Shown here: one piece after another, positions 24,101 through 35,375 of the stretch
Layout: each line of letters starts with the position of its first letter
Numbering within the stretch: the stretch's first letter is position 1
Translations under genes and position numbers: made by a program
The notes under the pieces: generated by a model
Databases searched by the model: none
What the model was told of the DNA's origin: nothing
The model's input: the letters and a program-made list of their open reading frames with translations, nothing else
Origin: Macrostomum hystrix
Taxonomy: Eukaryota; Animalia; Platyhelminthes
DNA length: 64,000 nt
Reading direction: 5' to 3'
Assembly (NCBI GenBank): GCA_950097015.1
Contig: CATNEN010000025.1
Coordinates: 4,712,001-4,776,000 of the forward strand

Positions 24101-27100
24101 CTCCGACAGAGCACAAGTTCAGCCTGTTTCGCTCTCTGTGGCTGATATGGTCGATGCTATTTGGCGCCGCAGTCAATGCTGACAATCCTCGCGGCGTCGC
24201 CAGCCGTTTTCTAGGCAACATCTGGGCCCTTTTCGCCCTGGTATTTCTGGCCTCTTACACTGCCAATCTAGCCGCATTTATGATCGCTGAGGAGTCATAT
24301 TATGACCTCTCTGGCATCAATGACTGGCGTCTGAGACATCCGACCAGCCATCGGCCGCCTTTTCGCTTCGCCACCGTGCCATCCGGCGCTACGGAGGAGA
24401 ACCTGCGGATCAACTATCCAGACATCGCTGAGCACATGCGCAACTACAGCAAGAGCAATATTGACGAAGGCATTCGAACGCTTAAATCTTTGTAGGCGTT
24501 TTTGAATAAATAAATTGTTTATTAAAGCATAATTAGTGTGATTTCTTTCAATATAAAACATCACCCACAGCGAAATCGACGCTTTCATCTACGACGCCAC
24601 TGTGCTGCAATACCGTGTTGGCAACGACGAGGACTGCAAGCTGAAGACGGTGGGCAACTGGTATGCCATGACTGGGTACGGCATCGGCCTGCCCAAGGGA
24701 TCGAAGTGGCGCCATCGCATCAACCACCAGATACTGGCGTACAGGAATACCGGTGAGCTGCTACCATTGATGTGTTTAGCAAATTGGGCTTTGTCACCAG
24801 TCCACTACAATGTCACCAGGGCTGCTGGAGCGCTGGAGCAATTATTGGATCACTGGTGCGTGCCAGCAGAGCGGCAAGCTGAGAAACACGAACCAGACAC
24901 TTGGCGTCAAGAACTTCATCAGCGCTTTCATCCTACTGATCGCGGGCATGATATTCTGCTGCATCCTTCTGGTTCTCGAGCACTGCTTCTACCGGCGCAT
25001 GCGACCGCAGCTTAAGCGCTGGGACCGCTACGGCTGCTGCGGCCTGGTTTCAATTGTGAGCTGCGTATTGCTTTTATCTTCCAAGCCTGCTCCCTCTCTG
25101 TATAATACAGTGTTGGCTTAAAACTTCACTCCGCGCACAAACAGCACCTCACTTATCCAGCCACCTCACTCCAGGCACAAACAGCCCCTCACTTATTCCG
25201 CCACCTCAATCCGCGAACAAACAGCCCCTCACTTATTCCGCCACCTCAATCCGCGAACAAACAGCCCCTCACTTATTCCGCCACCTCACTCCGCGAACAA
25301 ACAGCCCCTCACTTATCCCGCCACCTCACTCCACGCACAAACAGCCCCTCACTTATCCCGCCACCTCACTCCACGCACAAACAGCCCCTCACTTATCCCG
25401 CCACACTGCATAAAGTAACAAAAAAGATTAGAAAAGTGTCTACAGAAGGAAAATTGATATATATGTTGTCCTACACAAGCGCATCTATCATCACGTGGAT
25501 GCTGCAGCGGCAAAATATTCTTTCCAAAGTCTTTCAATCAAACTTATTCACTAGAGAAGAGTGTGTGCTCTTAGTGTAGAGACGCAAGTAAAAAATCTGC
25601 ATAATTCAAAACCCAGAGTAGCTACGAGAATGCTAGAAACCGCAGCAAGCCAATGATAGGGTTGCAGAAATCGATGTTGAAAAAGTCGCCTCGCCAATCC
25701 AAGGAGGATGAGGCGCCGCCGCTCCCAGGACGAGAAACGAACAGGCGGAGTAGCAAAAAATCTAATCAATTGAGTCACTAGATACTTGGCAACAGAGGCG
25801 GGTCTCTCGGCTATCTAGAATTTCCCATCATTCGCATATAGCTGCGACAGAGCAGATGGTGTCCGCTTTCTGAGTCGGTGGCCGATTCGTAGACAGCCAC
25901 TCCCCACTCCGTGACTCACAATTCGCTTGGGAGCGGCACCCATGCAGCGTTTGGGAAATTTGGGGAGGTTTTGTGGTAGAATGCATCGCAACATTCGACC
26001 GACTTCAACCCCCTATATCCCAATACGGATGGAAGATGCTTTCCCTTCATTTTTCTACCTCACCTTACCAGCGGAACTGCCCTGACTTTCTCATTGTCAG
26101 GCAGGGAGAAATCTCACTGAGCTTGGAGGTTTGCCCCTTATGAATTCATGACTAGCCTACCTTCAAGCCTTCTCTCCGCGACTGCTGCCCAAATCAGTTT
26201 GGCATCGCCGCAGATTTGAGCTCAGGGACCTCCAATGCGAGAGTCGACATTTACCCCTCCGCCATTCAACCTCTAAGATTTTTAGCACAGAAAACACGAT
26301 TACTTGTTAGCAGATTTAAGAAAACAGGGTCGCCTCGAGTTTAGGACGCTAAACCTTTCGGACGCCTCGAGTTTAGTTAGAAACATGATTTATAAAACAC
26401 TTTTTATATGAAATCAACTTAAATATAATTTTTTAAACTCTCAAAATTTTGCTCAAATCTCATATTCCAGCCACCTCACTCCCTGTCCCTCCGCTCATAT
26501 TCCAGCCACCCCACTCCCTGTCCCTCCGCTCATATTCCAGCCACCTCACTCCCTGTCCCTCCGCTCATATTCCAGCCACCCCACTCCCTGTCCCTCCGCT
26601 CATATTCCAGCCACCTCACTCCCTGTCCCTCCGCTCATATTCCATCCATCTCACTCCCTGTCCCTCCTCCCATCTCCCACCATTGTCAGAGCATGGGCCA
26701 GTTGCTATCCTTCGAGCAGTCGGTCAACCAGACCGTGGACCTCATCAAGCATCACAAGTGTCGCAATCCGATTTGCGAGACCCAGCTGTGGAAGCTGCGC
26801 CACGATTTAGACACCACAAGACGCCGACTGCACCAACTGGAAGGATTGCTCAATGGCCGGCTGGCGACTGCAGCGGAGGCGTCGTCAGCTAGCAGAAAAG
26901 ACAATGGAAGCCGCGCTGATGGGCATGATTATTTAAGGATAACCACTTGGTGAGAATTGACCAAATTCCTAGCTTAGCCAAGACATACTTAGCGGCAATG
27001 TGCATCGCAGCATTTAACGCTGCTTTCAGTCCACACCTACCTACTTGCAGTAGCCAGGAGCAGATCTCGCAACAGCTGCCACCGCTACAGAACCTAAACT

Positions 27101-27526
27101 GCCATCATCAGCATTCTTCTCTGACATCGACGGTTCCGGCGACTGAGACACACCGGCTCCAGCATCAATCTCAATATTCGATTCCTCAAAATCAGGCACA
27201 GTTGCACCCAGTGCCGGCATCCTTGACGACCACTGCGGAGTCGTTGCCAACTGTGACGCCGACAGCAGCAGTGCTGGCAGGGAGGCGTCGGTCGCGACCG
27301 AGTCGTCACGCTGGGCTGGTTCACTTCCAAGATGATCCTCCGCCGACGTTGCCAATGGCACAGCAGCAGCCGCCGCTAGTGCAGCTGCAGTCGACGACAG
27401 CCACCACTGATTCCACCATCAACTTCACAGCCTCCAATTGGCACCGCAACAACCAGCAGAAGCAGCAGCAGGAGCCGGAAATTCTGTACATGCATCCGAG
27501 TATTCGAAGTTCCAGTGGACAGCAAC

Positions 27527-27572
<46 letters not shown>

Positions 27573-27651
27573 TTTAAATTACACAACGCCGGCCGCAGTC
27601 AAAGACTGCTCCTCGGACAGATTGGTTGTTCAGAAAGAGTCAGTTCTGTGA
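18138..27651 (+). CDS. GRIN2: NMDA-type ionotropic glutamate receptor, GluN2-like subunit (about 1240-1270 aa)
   Basis: Phase-consistent exons 18138-18608, 20381-20823 (possible GC-AG intron 20584-20670), 21303-21442, 21528-21735, 22039-22452, 22601-22757, 23192-23375, 23460-23585, 24110-24491, 24571-24752, 24820-25055, 26690-26949, 27051-27651. Signal peptide; CCSGLAIDML, WNGLV, IDFSVPF, SYTANLAAF, FIYDATVL, GYGIGLPKGS; C-terminal ESVL PDZ-type motif. ATD exon boundaries are less certain. Confidence 0.92.
18620..18925. repeat. (AATAG/AATGG)n pentamer satellite in GRIN2 intron 1
   Basis: tagaatggaa repeats begin 11 bp after the donor at 18609. Confidence 0.95.
19545..20335. repeat. G-rich 22-bp-class minisatellite (ggcagacacactgggggaggg), G4-prone, GRIN2 intron 1
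   Basis: Dozens of G5/G3+ tracts on the sense strand. Confidence 0.93.
21010..21260. repeat. C/A-rich degenerate array (cacccccaaaa) in GRIN2 intron
   Basis: Low-complexity C/A repeats. Confidence 0.85.
21760..21995. repeat. 30-bp minisatellite (cctaatccaaccagtcctgatcccctcctc)
   Basis: About 8 units within the intron 21736-22038. Confidence 0.9.
22785..23180. repeat. 14-bp C/A-rich minisatellite (cacccaccacaaaa)
   Basis: Fills the intron 22758-23191. Confidence 0.9.
23610..24126. repeat. 46-bp minisatellite x11 whose last unit spans the 3' splice site of the GRIN2 M2/M3 exon
   Basis: Unit agtccagcctgataacacaacccccaccccactccgacggactgca; last copy reads ctccgacag|agcacaagttcagcctg. Confidence 0.93.
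25130..25405. repeat. 40-bp minisatellite (aaacagcccctcacttattccgccacctcactccgcgaac)
   Basis: About 7 units. Confidence 0.9.
26077..26270 (-). mobile_element. Diverged partial copy of SINE family A (head and core)
   Basis: ctgccctgactttctcattgtcaggcag, cttggaggtt, gagctcagggacc and ctccgcca match the other copies. Confidence 0.75.
26455..26670. repeat. 35-bp minisatellite (ctcatattccagccacctcactccctgtccctccg)
   Basis: About 6 units just upstream of the acceptor at 26689. Confidence 0.9.
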
Positions 27652-28107
27652 CTTCAAAATTCAATAATTGTTTCTGCTTTTTCTACCACTGGCCAGATTT
27701 AAATTTAGGTGCTAAAAATGTCTTCATTCGTTTTTTTCATGAAAATAGTTAACAATGTGATTGCAGAACACTAGAACCATGAAAGTAGTGGCCAGAATTA
27801 CTGCAATTTATTGAAACATGTACTCAAAACCGGGTCTATGAAATTTGCTTGTAAGAATTTTGCTTCCTGAACCTTAACTAAGCCTCTCTTTGTGCTCATG
27901 TAAATATTTGTAGTTAATAGATCTAGACGAATTCGCTTTGTAGTTAGCTCATAGCTCGGCCTGTTATTACCACCACTATGATCATATTCATTATCTGTTC
28001 GATCGTGCTGAAATCAGGAACTGCTACAATTTATGCAAGCAAAGTTCGGCAAGCTAATGTGCCGCAAGCAAACGTCGTACTCCCCTCAAAACCATCATAA
28101 TGGGTTT

Positions 28108-28471
28108 AATAATAATTAATAATTATTAATTGCAGGAGGGCTGCGGGCAATGGCACATCATTTGGTGACACTAGACCCGCAGCCAGCGAGGAGGCAATTC
28201 TGCCCATTTCGCTGACTCCTGAGCACACACGCACCCAGATACTGTACGCAGGCACACGCTCACACAGGTGTGTACATCTGCCCTGACTTTCTCATCGTCA
28301 GGCAGTGTACATTTCACTGTGCCTTGGAGGTTGGCCCTCAAGGGCGTAAATTGCACGACAAGCCCCCCAAGCCTTCTCTCTGCGGCTGCGCCCCAAATAA
28401 ATGTGGCATCGAACTTAGGGACCGTGGTGCGAGAGGCAAACGCGATAACCGCTCTGCCACCGACCCCCCCC
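28108..28471 (-). mobile_element. tRNA-derived SINE family A, full-length copy with 12-bp TSD
   Basis: A-box/B-box head (tggcagagcggt...gttcgat), (ATT)n tail, TSD cataatgggttt at 28096-28107 and 28472-28483. Confidence 0.9.
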
Positions 28472-28874
28472 CATAATGGGTTTGGTGTTATCTGCATTTT
28501 TCGGTGTAGCTTAACTTCTAAAAGATAATTTTTTGTGAGCCTAATAAGTTCTCTTGAGAGGCTAATAAGAGACCTCTTAGCATTCACATTGCAGCATTTT
28601 GTTTTTATGCATTATACGAAAATAAAAAACAACAAACTGAAATTTTAAGCGAAAAATTACTACCATCAAACATTGGAGTGATATTGGTGCATTGTGTTTA
28701 TTGGAATCAGAATTATTTCTATTGTACTATTTTGCTTCTAAGCAGGAGAGAGGAAGGTTAAAAGTAATATTTTGAGACAGAAAATTGAAACAACAAGAAT
28801 ATTAGGAAGGAGTGAGCCAGCCAGTCTGATCACTAGGAGTTTGTTGGCGCCTAGTCGGCAATCTCGCTCGTCCG

Positions 28875-29699
28875 TCACTTGTCAGTCACCTCCATCCGGT
28901 TCTCCACCGGGATGTCGCGCGGCTCCGGCAGGGCCAGGTTCGGCGCCGGCGCCTCGATCTGCAGAGTGCCGCACTCCGTCAGCCGGCTGACGAGGCGCTC
29001 GCGGTCGACGCCCTGCGGCAGGGTGAACTCGCGCTGCATGCTGCGGTGCACCAGCTGGCCCTCGCGCTCGTCGCGATGCTCGGCTCGAACGACAACGCGG
29101 TCGCCAATCTGGCGCACCGTCACCTCCTCCGGGTGGAAGTCGCGCACTGGAACGCTGACTTGGAAGCGCGTCTCGCCAGTCTTCTTGTCCTTGATCAGCT
29201 GCTCCTGGATGGAGGTGATGCCCGGGCCGCGCAGCAGGTTGCGCATCTCCTCCCAGGTGTTGGCGCCCACTTTAGCCAATGCGGAGTTGGCGTCCTCGCT
29301 GCTGGGCTTGTCGGAGCGGATGTAGGGCGCGCGCACCACCAGGAAGCCCTCCTTGGTCATGCGGGTCTCGACCTTCTCGGCGTCAACATCTTCGGGCAGG
29401 ACGACAGTTTTGCGCACCTCCGAGATGTCGTCGCCTTCCTGGTGCTTGGCGTGGATGCGCACCTTGCGCTCCTCCACCTTGACGGCGACCTCGTCGGCGC
29501 GGAAGTCGTTGAGCTTGACGGCGGTGCTGAAGTAGCGATGGTGAGCGGCCCGGTGGCGCCTGGGCTGGAGGTTGCGCTCCAGCTCGTAGAATGGGTGGAA
29601 CAGCGCATCGCTAAACAGATCGTTGAAGTCCTCGAAGATGCTCTGCATCTGGGTCGGATAGTTGAACGACTTGAAGACGTTGCTCGGGTAAAGGGCCAT
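28875..29699 (-). CDS. Small heat-shock protein with two tandem alpha-crystallin domains (flatworm p40/Tsp36 type), 274 aa, intronless
   Basis: Two ACDs: F..(D/E)EV.V...V...A.H, R...LPEDVD.EKV and REFTLPQGVD...L.S.L...G.L.IEAP; TATA upstream; AATAAA on - at 28697-28702. Confidence 0.93.
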   Translation of the reverse strand: MALYPSNVFKSFNYPTQMQSIFEDFNDLFSDALFHPFYELERNLQPRRHRAAHHRYFSTAVKLNDFRADEVAVKVEERKVRIHAKHQEGDDISEVRKTVVLPEDVDAEKVETRMTKEGFLVVRAPYIRSDKPSSEDANSALAKVGANTWEEMRNLLRGPGITSIQEQLIKDKKTGETRFQVSVPVRDFHPEEVTVRQIGDRVVVRAEHRDEREGQLVHRSMQREFTLPQGVDRERLVSRLTECGTLQIEAPAPNLALPEPRDIPVENRMEVTDK

Positions 29700-29804
29700 T
29701 GCGCTGCGAGTAGAGAGAAGAGCAGAAAAAAGCAGTTTTCCGATGGTGAATCAGTTGAGTTAGGTTGGACAGTGAAGAGCCCAGTATTTGGGGTGCCGTG
29801 GCCC

Positions 29805-29811
29805 TTTTATA
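29805..29811 (-). promoter_or_regulatory. TATA box of the sHSP gene
   Basis: TATAAAA on - about 105 bp upstream of the ATG; three CCAAT on - near 29896, 29960 and 30030. Confidence 0.7.
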
Positions 29812-30385
29812 GGCCATAGGCATCGCCTGTACATCCATAGCTTTGGGGTGGGCTTTTGTCACTCTAATTCCAGGTTTTGAGGTAACGAAAGATAATTGGT
29901 TTAAACTATGCTGGGTAAATTTATCTGCAATTAGCTAAGCTGTTATATGTCGATTCTGATTGGTGCGACCTTAAAAACGAAATGCTCTGGCTGAGGTTTG
30001 TTTACGATACTGGTTTTAGCTCGTTTTTTATTGGCCTCGTCTGTTCCAAACCTTCCCGTCTGTTATTTAGTGCGTGATGTTATCAGTTTTATCGCTCAGT
30101 GTACAATCCACATTGCACCAGAGCCAATTACTTTGTAATAAGGCGAATTATTAGTGTACGCAGGTAAGACATTTATACCCACCCCAATTTCGGCACTCCC
30201 TCACCTACGCGAATCAATTGCAGAGAATTGACGCAAGCATTACTCACCTTTCTGTTCTGCAATTGAGTTCTCACTTGCAAAAACAAGCAAATCGATCAAA
30301 CAGCAAGATTTTGAGAGCAGTTTTTGGATAGTCGCTTAGATAAAACAATTTAATTGATTAAATATCACTTCATTATTGTTACTTA

Positions 30386-30400
30386 ATTCTAGAAATTTCT
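30386..30400. promoter_or_regulatory. Perfect three-unit heat-shock element
   Basis: aTTCt aGAAa tTTCt, about 690 bp upstream of the sHSP ATG. Confidence 0.55.
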
Positions 30401-30843
30401 ATAGACTATACTGCAGGCCTGTTCGATAGAAGCTTTGTCTGCGAATTATTTATCTATGGTTTTATGACTTAAAGTGCATGATGGGAAGCTTTCAGTTTTT
30501 TTTTGTTTCAAAACATATCGGCTGTTGGGAATTATGTCGTTATAGCGCAACAATACAAGAAGAAAATGAATAAATAATCTTTAAGTTAAAATTGTGTATA
30601 TAACACATATTAGTACTGAATGTGCGATGATTTCAAACCAATGTGTATAATTGACATTATCGATTTTATTGAAGTACTTATATCAGTAGTCTGTAGAGTG
30701 AAAACAAAGAATCTCATTAAAAAAAGTAAATATATATATAATTACGAAAATTGTATTTCCGTTAGCAATCAGCTGGATTCTTTTAGTTTAGAAAGTGGGT
30801 AAAATATTAGGCGGTTATTGATGACAAAAATATTAGCTTATTT

Positions 30844-30916
30844 AGGTCCCACCGAGATTCGAACTCGGGTCGCTGGATTCAAAGTCCAGTGTGTTAAACC
30901 ACTACACCATGGGACC
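30844..30916 (-). tRNA. trnQ-TTG: tRNA-Gln (TTG)
   Basis: GGTCCCATGGTGTAGTGGTTTAACACACTGGACTTTGAATCCAGCGACCCGAGTTCGAATCTCGGTGGGACCT; full cloverleaf; T5 Pol III terminator downstream (+ strand aaaaa near 30827). Confidence 0.96.
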
Positions 30917-31749
30917 ACGCTACGTGGACTAGCGATTGTCCAACATAAACGTAGCAAATTTAATTTAGAAACTCGAAATGGCGGCAGCTAAGTTAACTTC
31001 GTGAGATTTCTTTGGATATCTAGTTTTTCCAGACCATGTTTTTGTGATTATAAAGATATAATAAACGAAGCTTAACATAATGAAATCGCATTCTTCTCCC
31101 ATTTTTGCTGTAGTTCGAAGGTAGTAGTTTTCGTCATTGTATTTTATCTGTTTGTAAGTTGGACTTCCAATTAAAGACAGGTACTGCTAAATACCACCTC
31201 GACTACTATGTTAATTTAATCTACGTTTCGTGAACTGCTAAGTACCAGTTCGTAGCTCTTCATATAAATGAAGCACTTCAGTACATGTCAAACTCAAAGT
31301 TTTAAAAAAACGAAGTGCTTTTGTTAAAAACGTGACTTATTACATTTTTTTGTTTTTCAACATGTAAATTATTTATCATAACAAACGAAATCAAGTTTTA
31401 TTTTGTTTTATTTATACAAAAAAATCATAACCTTTCTAGGCTTAGTTTGTTAAAATGTGGTAAAAAAGCACAGCTTACTCTTAGTAGAGTACTAAAGACA
31501 TGCGATAACAATAGAAAACTGACTAAAACTGTGCTCGGAATACCAAGAATGAGTTAATACAATGGTAAAATTAAATAATTAGGCCATAGATTAAGTTTTT
31601 GATTGCATTTTCACACATGACTTAGGCGTCCTGACATGCTTTAAGTCATTTTAAGAATTTGTCAAACATGTAGATTTCTACACGTTTTCTGTGTGAATTT
31701 TTACCTCAAAACGTGTCCTTTGAGCTTTGTCCATTAAATCATCATTAGA

Positions 31750-31880
31750 TCACCACAAACTACCCATTGAACCATGAGTAGATCGTCACAAACTACTCAT
31801 TGACCCATGAGTAGATTGCCACAAACTATCCACTGAAACATCAGTAGATCACCACTAACTACCCATCGAAGCATCATTAA
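31750..31880. repeat. Degenerate ~33-bp repeat x4 downstream of SMIM15
   Basis: ccatgagtagat...cacaaactac.cattga units. Confidence 0.7.
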
Positions 31881-31978
31881 ATGTTCACAAAGTACACATA
31901 ATATATAAAAACTCAAACACATTGTATCCTACTGTATTGTCTTAATCCTCCTTAAAGCAGCATGTCAGTTTGCCAAAT

Positions 31979-32311
31979 CTAATTATCCTTTTTTACTCGC
32001 GACTTCTTAATATTGGCATCACGTCTCTGCTTCCTCTTCTGATCTTTATTGCGTAGTTCAATTTCCTTAGCAAGCTTATAGGCACAGAATGCACTAACAA
32101 TAAGCAGTGGTGACAGCACAATTAGCACATAGTAGATGAATGTGGCTGGATTATTGGCAGCATACACCATAACTAATGCCAATTGTTTCCTAATCCAGCC
32201 GCCCCATGTTCCATCATCCAAGGCTTCAATCATGTGATCCACATCTGGATTTTTAGAAGCCATGCTGTCTGCAGTGGCAGCTGCTGATCCTAGCATTGAT
32301 TGGCTAGCCAT
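31979..32311 (-). CDS. SMIM15: Small integral membrane protein 15 (DUF4605-type) with N-terminal extension
   Basis: AANNPATFIYYVLIVLSPLLIVSAFCAYKLAKEIE.RNKDQKRKQRRDANI parallels SMIM15 [51 protein letters not shown]; acceptor ttttttcag 5 nt before the ATG. Confidence 0.9.
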   Translation of the reverse strand: MASQSMLGSAAATADSMASKNPDVDHMIEALDDGTWGGWIRKQLALVMVYAANNPATFIYYVLIVLSPLLIVSAFCAYKLAKEIELRNKDQKRKQRRDANIKKSRVKKDN

Positions 32312-35300
32312 CTTTGCTGAAAAAATAGTTAGTTGTACATGTGCTTCATAATTTTTATTGCGTACAAATGAGGAAATATTTTACAAGTAAAAACAAGTAA
32401 AAAGCATCAATAAAATGACAGACTAATTTTTAGCACTACTTTTGAAATAGGTGAGTTTAAACTATTATTGTGTCTGTAAATAGTTTACAAATGTATTTTT
32501 TTCATTTTAGACAGATAAAAACAATCTTGCGACTTTCTAATGAAAAAAAATGTAACTTTGCCAATACTTTCAGCTTAAAAAATGATTACAATTTTTTCTG
32601 CATTCTTTTTTAGTCTGTTTTAACTTCTGTTATATGATTTCATACATTTTTTCATTTTAATTTCACTTAGACTTCTATTTTTCTTAGGATAGATTATAGT
32701 ATCAGCAATAACAAGATTTCTACTTTTATAGTTTCTTACAGAGAGGTAGTTTAGGCTCTGTAAAAACAGGGGTATAATAATAGCCTACTATATTCATACC
32801 ATTATTTTTTAAGTACCATTTAATGCAACTAGGCCTAGTAAATTGGTTCAATGAATGACCAGATATGGCAAATAACTACAATGACCAAAAATATATCATA
32901 TAGCTAAATAGATAGCATAATGGTAATATCTGAAAATTATATACACTATAGTTGAAAATAGTAAATAATTTACAAGTTATTTATTGAAAAAATAACCTAC
33001 TTTGCTAATTTTTATAACAAAGCACACTCACTTAAAGCAAAGAGTTAATTTTAAAATAGTTCAAAGCATTTTAAGTAAAAAAAATTACAATACAATTCAA
33101 CTCTAAATACAAAACTTTTATTTCTTTTATAGCTCACCCTCTCATGCCATATCATAAATATTCACTTTAGGCCTAGTAGCAATGTCCTAGTTTCCTGAAA
33201 TTCCACATTAAATTAGTATGACAATTTTGTTCATCTTCAGTGCAAATCATGGCTAGATAACCTTAATCACCTGCAAATATACTACTTGTAACCATCATTT
33301 TTTGGTTATTGGCCAACCATCCGTGATGTTGAGATCATGCACTATGATCTGGTGCTAGGGGCCTACTGACAGTGGATGCTGAGTTAATGAGCTCCTTTGG
33401 CACAGACTCTACCCAGAGAAGAGTTTTGGCAACTTTCTATATTGGCTGACCCATTACTATGCTTTGTAATATTGTTTCTCAAGTGTTGTGACCTGTTTTA
33501 CTGCTTTAATAAACTTGATTTAATGATTTTGCTTGTTTGTATACAATTTACTGTCAAAATAGTTCAATGCAGGAAACTAGGACATATCCAGTCAGCCACT
33601 TTATCATTTTTACATAATTCTGTAGACACAGTACCAGTGTAGTATCATAGGCTACACAGACACTGTTTATTCAAATTCAAAATTCAAAAGGGATTTAGGA
33701 CTAGGTTTATGTGCAACCTAACTGACACAACTACATTTTCTTAAAATTTTCCTCTTTTCTTCCTTATAATAGTTTTATATTTAAATTCATTTCTTTTATC
33801 ATTCATAAAACAAAAGAAAAAAATTGTTAACATACACAGACAACTAAATTGTTTATTATAGTTTTCTCCTATAGGCTGCCAAGTTATAGTTGTCCAATAA
33901 AATCATTAAATCAATACTCCCAATCACATACTTCAGTACTTGGCACCAAAGTTTTTGGGTTTGCATTAAGATTTGGCAAAAAAAGTTGGCTTAAATTTGC
34001 ATGCATTTTTAATAAAACTGTAAAACAATAAAGTAAAATTACTTTTAGTAATTTTAACCCAGTCTAGCTGCTGCAAATCAGCAAGAATCATAAATTATTA
34101 AGACGTCAGTTGCAACGTTGTATAGCTATATAAAATAACAATGAAACAGTTTTTAATTTAAGATCACGATGTATTTTCTATGGGCATCGTCTTTTATTTT
34201 GCTATGGGTATCGTCTTTTATACATGAACATAGTGGATAAATCAATAAAGAAAATATCTAGCCAAGGTAGTCCGCTAAAGCATTTTTTGTTTGCCATATC
34301 TACTGTCCTGTCATGTCTAGTATCTGCGACATGACAGTTACAACTAAACATTAATTTGGCTTATGTTATCGTTTTATTATTATTCAACTCAGCGTTGATT
34401 TAATGTTCTTGGAATGTAAATATTAAAATAGTTAACAACCTCGTTATTAACCCACGTAAAAATACACACGTAAGAGTAAATTTCGTTGGAAAATGGGAAG
34501 CAGCCAGTTCCTACTGCCTGCCAATAAATCTACTACTGTGATTTTGGTGAATATGAAACACAGAGCACTCGAGTACAAACATTAAATGAATAGATTCTTA
34601 TGTTTATAAGGAAAATTACATTTTGCCGCGAACCGAATTGCTAGGTGATACCTAGGTAACTAGATTAGCAGAACTTTTTCTATCACCTCTGCGTCTATCT
34701 ACGGCACAATTAAAGTCGTTAATTGTATATATTATATTTTACACTCGCGAAAGTGGCCCATAAAGAACATATTTTAACTGAGTCATTTATGCGTTGTGCA
34801 TATTACTGTTTGCGTAACATTCTGAACATGTTCATATCAGACAAAAATACAACTAAAATAAGAAATATAAAAAATAACGAGATTAACATTTAAATTATGC
34901 AAATGAGCCCTAGTCCTTTCAAACAGTTATGTAATTTTTTCGGCTATAGGACCAGGACTTCAGCTGAAGTTGCCAATTTAAGCTAGCTAGTTTCCGTGGT
35001 TCTTGGCGACGGATCGTACATACGATGTTGATGCGATCTGTAGTTCACCAGCATTTATCATATATGTTATTATATTATAATTTTATTATTACTATGGTTA
35101 TCTATATTATATATAGAATCAGCTGCACACTTTTTTCATAAGCGAATTGGCTATTACTTCAGTAGTAATGAGGAATGTAATTAAGTCGCTAATGCGGATG
35201 ATTAAAAGAGCTTTTGAAAAAATCTGAATGTTTTAATGGTTCGTAAAAAATCATGTGATCAGTAGCCACATTGCATCAGTAGCACGCCTTTCTTCTTTCC

Positions 35301-35375
35301 TTCTTGCTGAATGCGAGAAAGCCGTTTGCATTCTGAGCGGATGCAAGTGAGAATGCATGAGTCTGCAGAGATCTA

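Noticed and set aside
28879-29862. Antisense and alternate-frame ORFs over the sHSP, LINE, GRIN2 and ANO exons
   Set aside because: Shadow ORFs caused by GC-rich codon usage of the real genes
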